The translations under genes and the position numbers were made by a program. Below, piece by piece: positions 61,353-64,000 of a stretch of DNA of 64,000 bases. Source of the DNA: Candidatus Moanibacter sp. (lineage in GTDB: Bacteria > Verrucomicrobiota > Verrucomicrobiia > Opitutales > UBA2987); the NCBI GenBank assembly GCA_965215885.1, contig CBDCEW010000096.1, forward strand, positions 32,001-96,000. The letters run 5' to 3'. Numbering within the stretch: position 1 is the stretch's first letter; each line of letters opens with the position of its first letter. Below the pieces are notes generated by a model, which did no database searches, was not told the origin of the DNA, and saw only the letters and a program-made list of their open reading frames with translations.

Positions 61353-63170
61353 TTGCGGGCAGAGGCTGAACGGGCCCTGCAAACGGTGGGGGCTGTGCCT
61401 GCGCAAACGAGTTATCGCTTCGATGCCCGGGAGGACGAAGAGGGTCCTTCAGAGGTGCGCAAGACCCTGCGCCGCAAGGTGGTCAGTTTCTCCTATGGAT
61501 GCTTCCAGGCGGTGGAAGTTGTGCGCGAGCAGGGGCAAGGGAGCCACCGCAACAGCTACCGTTCTGCTCGCCTGGAACAGATCGTGCCCTCGCATAGTCG
61601 CTACGCTTACGATCTGATTGCCTATGTGGGCAAGCGATGTTTGTGCGAAAGCGCCACCCTCAAAGAGGTGCACAGGGAACTGCGCGAGGGCCCGGGGCAG
61701 CTGCAGATTGCTCAAAGCAGCCTCTATGAGATGCAGCAGAAGTTTCTTTTTTATCTGGGTCGGCTGCACGCCGCGGCCGCTCCGGTGCTTAAAGATTACC
61801 TGAGCGCTCGCCCTTGCCTGCGCTGGCTGGTGGATGGGACCGTGGAACCGCAGACGCCGGTTTTCTTCGCTGTTCAGGAAGCCGACGAAGGGATCCTTTT
61901 GGGCAGCTGGAAAATGCCTTCCGAACAGAGCGAAACGATCAGTGGCTGTTTTGCCCGGGCGGCCCGGGCTTTTGGCCAACCCCACCATGTCTATCATGAT
62001 TTAAGCGCTCAGATCAGCAAGGCCTGCGAGAGCGAAACCTTCCAGGCCCCCCATGGCGTCTGCCATTATCATTTCGCCCGCAATGTGGGCGAACAGCTTT
62101 ATCGAAAACCCCAGCAGATGCTCAACGGGCGCTTGCGGCAATTGAAGCTCATGGAGCGCATGCGCGAGCAACGCAAACACATCACCGCAAAGCTCCGTGA
62201 CGCCCTCCGTGAAAAACACGCCCTCGTCCTGGCCGATTTGCTCACCGCCAAAGCGCTCGCAGTGCCCTTCGATCCCACCCTTGCACGGGAACTGCTCATG
62301 GCCCTGCAATTGTGGATTTTGGATTATCCCTGCGACGGTCACCGCCAGGGCTTTCCCTTCGATCCTTACCTGCTTTATTGGCATCGGCGGGTCGTGCGCG
62401 CCCATGCCGCCCTGGAGCAGTGGCTTGCCCGCGCTCCTGCCAGTTGCTCTGTTCTGCGAAGCTTCTTTCATCTTTCGACCGGGTTGAAGCAGTATCTGGC
62501 TGATGCCCTCGTCATCGAAGCCGCTACTATCTATGAAAACGCTTTTTGCATTTTCAGCGCTTTGCGCGATGCCCTTTGGCTCAGCGCCAGCGGCCCCTGC
62601 CCTTTAAGCGACCCTTATCTGTTGCAAGCAGGACAAGCCGCTGAGCTCACCGAGGCTCTCCAGTTGCTGCGTGCCCAATATCGCCAAAAAGGCGCCTCCC
62701 TGACCAACCCCTCGAAAGCCAAACTCTACCGCACCGTGGTCACTCATCTGGACAAATACTGGCAGCGGCTGCTTCCCCCACCGGCCCATCCAGACAGCGT
62801 ACGCACGACCAATGAGCTGGAAGGCACCTGGCGCACCTCCAAGCGCAAACGCCGTCAAACCCACGGGCGCAAAAATCTGACGCGCGACTTTGAAGCGCTC
62901 CCCGAAGAATACATGCTCCTGCCCAACTTACACAATCCCCGCTATGTGGAGCTGGTTTTAGGCAGTATCGATAATCTGCCCCAAAAGCTTGCCCAGGCTG
63001 CACAGAAAGCACCCCCCTTCAGTCACTGGCGGGCGAACAGAAAAACCCTCGCCGTGGGTCGATTGCCCAAAAAGCTCCTGCGAAAAGAAAACTTCCTTGA
63101 GGAACTCTTCGAAGTCTGTAATCGCCAGGATCAATCCTTAAACCCGCAACCCCATCGGATTGCCTCCTGA
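61353..63170 (+). CDS. Mutator/IS256-like DDE transposase (unclassified)
   Basis: LVDGT, VYHDL, CHYH (CxxH) and RTTNELEG motifs. Confidence 0.75.
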   Translation: MRAEAERALQTVGAVPAQTSYRFDAREDEEGPSEVRKTLRRKVVSFSYGCFQAVEVVREQGQGSHRNSYRSARLEQIVPSHSRYAYDLIAYVGKRCLCESATLKEVHRELREGPGQLQIAQSSLYEMQQKFLFYLGRLHAAAAPVLKDYLSARPCLRWLVDGTVEPQTPVFFAVQEADEGILLGSWKMPSEQSETISGCFARAARAFGQPHHVYHDLSAQISKACESETFQAPHGVCHYHFARNVGEQLYRKPQQMLNGRLRQLKLMERMREQRKHITAKLRDALREKHALVLADLLTAKALAVPFDPTLARELLMALQLWILDYPCDGHRQGFPFDPYLLYWHRRVVRAHAALEQWLARAPASCSVLRSFFHLSTGLKQYLADALVIEAATIYENAFCIFSALRDALWLSASGPCPLSDPYLLQAGQAAELTEALQLLRAQYRQKGASLTNPSKAKLYRTVVTHLDKYWQRLLPPPAHPDSVRTTNELEGTWRTSKRKRRQTHGRKNLTRDFEALPEEYMLLPNLHNPRYVELVLGSIDNLPQKLAQAAQKAPPFSHWRANRKTLAVGRLPKKLLRKENFLEELFEVCNRQDQSLNPQPHRIAS

Positions 63171-63507
63171 CAACGACTCCAGTGCCCTCCCTCTGCTCCC
63201 CATTTTCTTCATGCTCTAACCAGAGAACTCCACGCAATTTGCGTGCCAACCGAAATTCAGAACGATGGGCACAAGACCGGGGCAGCCAGCAATAGAAGGG
63301 AAAGAGGCTAAACAGGTACCTGCCGTACGGCAGACCTTTCTACCCTCGTGGTAATTCGACGCGGATTGGAATTTCGAACCGTATGAGGAAGATTGTTTGC
63401 CCGCTAAACACGCGAAAGGGAATGTAAAGAACCACGAAAGCAGGTTGATTCAGGGCGTAGGCATCCACATTGAATTTTAGTTTCGGCTTGCCGGGATGTT
63501 TTGCGGG

Positions 63508-64000
63508 CTAGGTTTCCATAATCCTACGGACGATCTCATCGATCGAGAGGGCGGCGATTTTTTCGGGTGCGAGCCGATTGGGGTGGAGTTGAGGTAGTTC
63601 GACAAGTCTTTCGGAGAGGCAGAGGTGCCGATTTGCACCTACTTCGTCGATGCGGGTGACAGGTGTAAAGAGGGGAGTGCTGTTGAGCACTTCCGGCTTT
63701 TCACGAATAATTCGGAGTATCGCCAGCACAGCGTCGGCGAAGCGGTCCAGTTCCGATTTCGAGTAACTCTCGGTCGGCTCGATCATGACGCCATATCTCT
63801 CGGGCCAGGCAACAGTGGGAGCATGGAATCCAAAGTCGAGAAAGAGCTTACCCACGCGCGTCATGGCATCGGCTTTGCGCACGTCTATCTTTTCGAGGCG
63901 ATCGAAGTCGGCCGCTTCGAGGGTGAGAATAAACTCGTGCATGCGCGGGACCTCGCCCGAGCCGGCCGGCAGGGTCGGGTATTCCTCTCCGAGGCGCTTA
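63508..64000 (-). CDS. gcvPB: Glycine dehydrogenase (P protein) C-terminal part
   Basis: [43 protein letters not shown]. Confidence 0.88.
   Translation of the reverse strand, partial: KRLGEEYPTLPAGSGEVPRMHEFILTLEAADFDRLEKIDVRKADAMTRVGKLFLDFGFHAPTVAWPERYGVMIEPTESYSKSELDRFADAVLAILRIIREKPEVLNSTPLFTPVTRIDEVGANRHLCLSERLVELPQLHPNRLAPEKIAALSIDEIVRRIMET

Larger units (their letters stand above)
58392..63267 (+). mobile_element. Two-ORF transposable element with a nested IS
   Basis: Imperfect IR cataattacgaaattgggttgg / ccaaccgaaattcagaacgatg; both ends abut MITE A arms. Confidence 0.7.

Overview
Accessory, repeat- and IS-saturated region of a bacterial genome. The TonB receptor, the sulfatase and PhyH expansion and the repeat families suggest a Verrucomicrobia/PVC-type organism, possibly host-associated (inference). 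Cargo: (i) a purine/nucleoside-related block (adenosine deaminase, MTA/SAH nucleosidase with an in-frame TGA, Rieske ferredoxin, TonB receptor, VanA/NdmA-like Rieske oxygenase); (ii) an Ltp4/Ltp3-like thiolase pair, DUF35 OB-fold protein, acyl-CoA ligase and CYP125-like P450; (iii) five sulfatases, five PhyH dioxygenases, dehydrogenases and a BKACE; (iv) many gene relics. The mobile DNA can be resolved to the base: a RAYT, two IS4, IS1380, a DUF4338-ISAs1, an IS5/ISNCY-like IS nested in a two-ORF Mutator-like element, and several MITE/REP families. The best-supported finding is an IS110 element (28414-30117) whose non-coding end folds into a bridge RNA. Its four guide segments match the element's own target and donor junctions, a TTGACG-17-TATAGT promoter forms only on circularisation, and an identical empty 15-bp target lies at 8750-8764. 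The element sits in a nested stack of repeat-targeting elements. An unassigned structured RNA candidate precedes the TonB receptor.
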